In this document: positions 63,779 through 64,000 of the stretch, piece by piece
Layout of the letters: the number at the start of each line of letters is the position of its first letter
Position numbering within the stretch: the first letter of the stretch is position 1
Source of the DNA: Bdellovibrionales bacterium
Lineage (GTDB): Bacteria; Bdellovibrionota; UBA1018; CAIMNF01
Length of the DNA stretch: 64,000 bases
Reading direction: 5' to 3'
Assembly (NCBI GenBank): GCA_947502835.1
Contig: CANNBJ010000002.1
Coordinates: 475,396 to 539,395 of the forward strand
Notes under the pieces: model-generated
Database searches by the model: none
What the model was told of the DNA's origin: nothing
The model's input: the letters and a program-made list of their open reading frames with translations, nothing else
Translations under genes and position numbers: made by a program

Positions 63779-64000
63779 GAAACGCTCCGCTGATGGATTG
63801 CGGTCTCCTTGGCAGGAGTTGGAAATTGCTCCTCAAAGTGGTTGTGAACGTCCTTTCGTTCACTCAGGCGCAGGAAGCTCACAAGTTTTTCCCGGAGCAC
63901 CACAGGATCCTCGCGCCGATGGATCAGGATCAGTCCGTGCACCATGAGATTCCGAAGCTCCACATCTTCCATCCCGAGCCGGTTCGCATAATCAGAGAGG
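63775..64000 (-). CDS. MotA/TolQ/ExbB-family proton-channel protein, C-terminal fragment (5' end outside window)
   Basis: Own translation: the reading frame is open to the window edge (...LSDYANRLGMEDVELRNLMVHGLILIHRREDPVVLREKLVSFL...), which resembles MotA C-terminal regions. It is translationally coupled to the motB-like gene. Confidence 0.55.
   Translation of the reverse strand, partial: LSDYANRLGMEDVELRNLMVHGLILIHRREDPVVLREKLVSFLRLSERKDVHNHFEEQFPTPAKETAIHQRSVS

Noticed and set aside
1-64000. Search for CRISPR arrays, rRNA and tRNA genes, reverse transcriptases (retron/DGR), phage structural genes, integrases
   Set aside because: Reading the sequence and the ORF track, I saw no regularly spaced direct repeats, no rRNA-like or cloverleaf-capable stretches and no RT, integrase or phage-like ORFs. 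Absence was judged by eye only. tRNAscan, Infernal and minced runs would be the formal check.

Overview
This 64 kb window is bacterial chromosome from a Gram-negative, apparently flagellated organism. That reading rests on Kdo/LPS genes, beta-barrel OMPs, FliL, MotA/MotB-like genes and a bactofilin. The gene content would fit a Bdellovibrionota/Oligoflexia-like lineage, but that is only a weak inference. About 65 protein genes are supportable. The housekeeping blocks are:
- a truncated class A PBP
- ald
- a kdsB-pyrG-kdsA-kdsC cluster followed by a monofunctional transglycosylase, a transpeptidase and an ArnT-like glycosyltransferase
- iscS-iscA-fdx
- a long overlapping minus-strand run: tdk, upp-like, hpt, GHMP kinase, a DUF429-like gene, two peptide ABC permeases and a lipoprotein serpin
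- ppiase and metG
- a GldA/F/G-type ABC-2 cluster with DUF4340
- a YejABE-like peptide importer lacking an ATPase
- ygiQ, nif3, rlmF, mnmA, trxC, ogt-like and nrnA
- a glycosyltransferase and a strongly expressed-looking porin
- a motA/motB-like pair at the right edge

I found no rRNA gene, intact tRNA gene, CRISPR array or prophage.

The non-ordinary content is mostly repeat and mobile DNA:
1. One IS1-family insertion sequence lies at 52153-53149. Four ~195 bp elements and one solo end carry the same ~24 bp terminal inverted repeats. Their interiors look unrelated, and they sit flush against gene ends.
2. A visibly AT-richer three-gene cassette (XRE-HTH, nucleotidyltransferase-like, TfoX-N-like) lies at 26.1-27.6 kb. 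It is bracketed by two inverted copies of a nested palindromic element that share a 52-nt core with covarying stems.
3. A third ~190 bp nested palindrome lies at 62.45 kb.

Other items worth a look are a MotB-like protein with PDZ domains in place of a peptidoglycan-binding domain, an inhibitory-type serpin lipoprotein, a FrzS-like pseudo-receiver/coiled-coil protein next to a bactofilin, a eukaryote-type ceramidase homologue and a HigBA-type TA pair.
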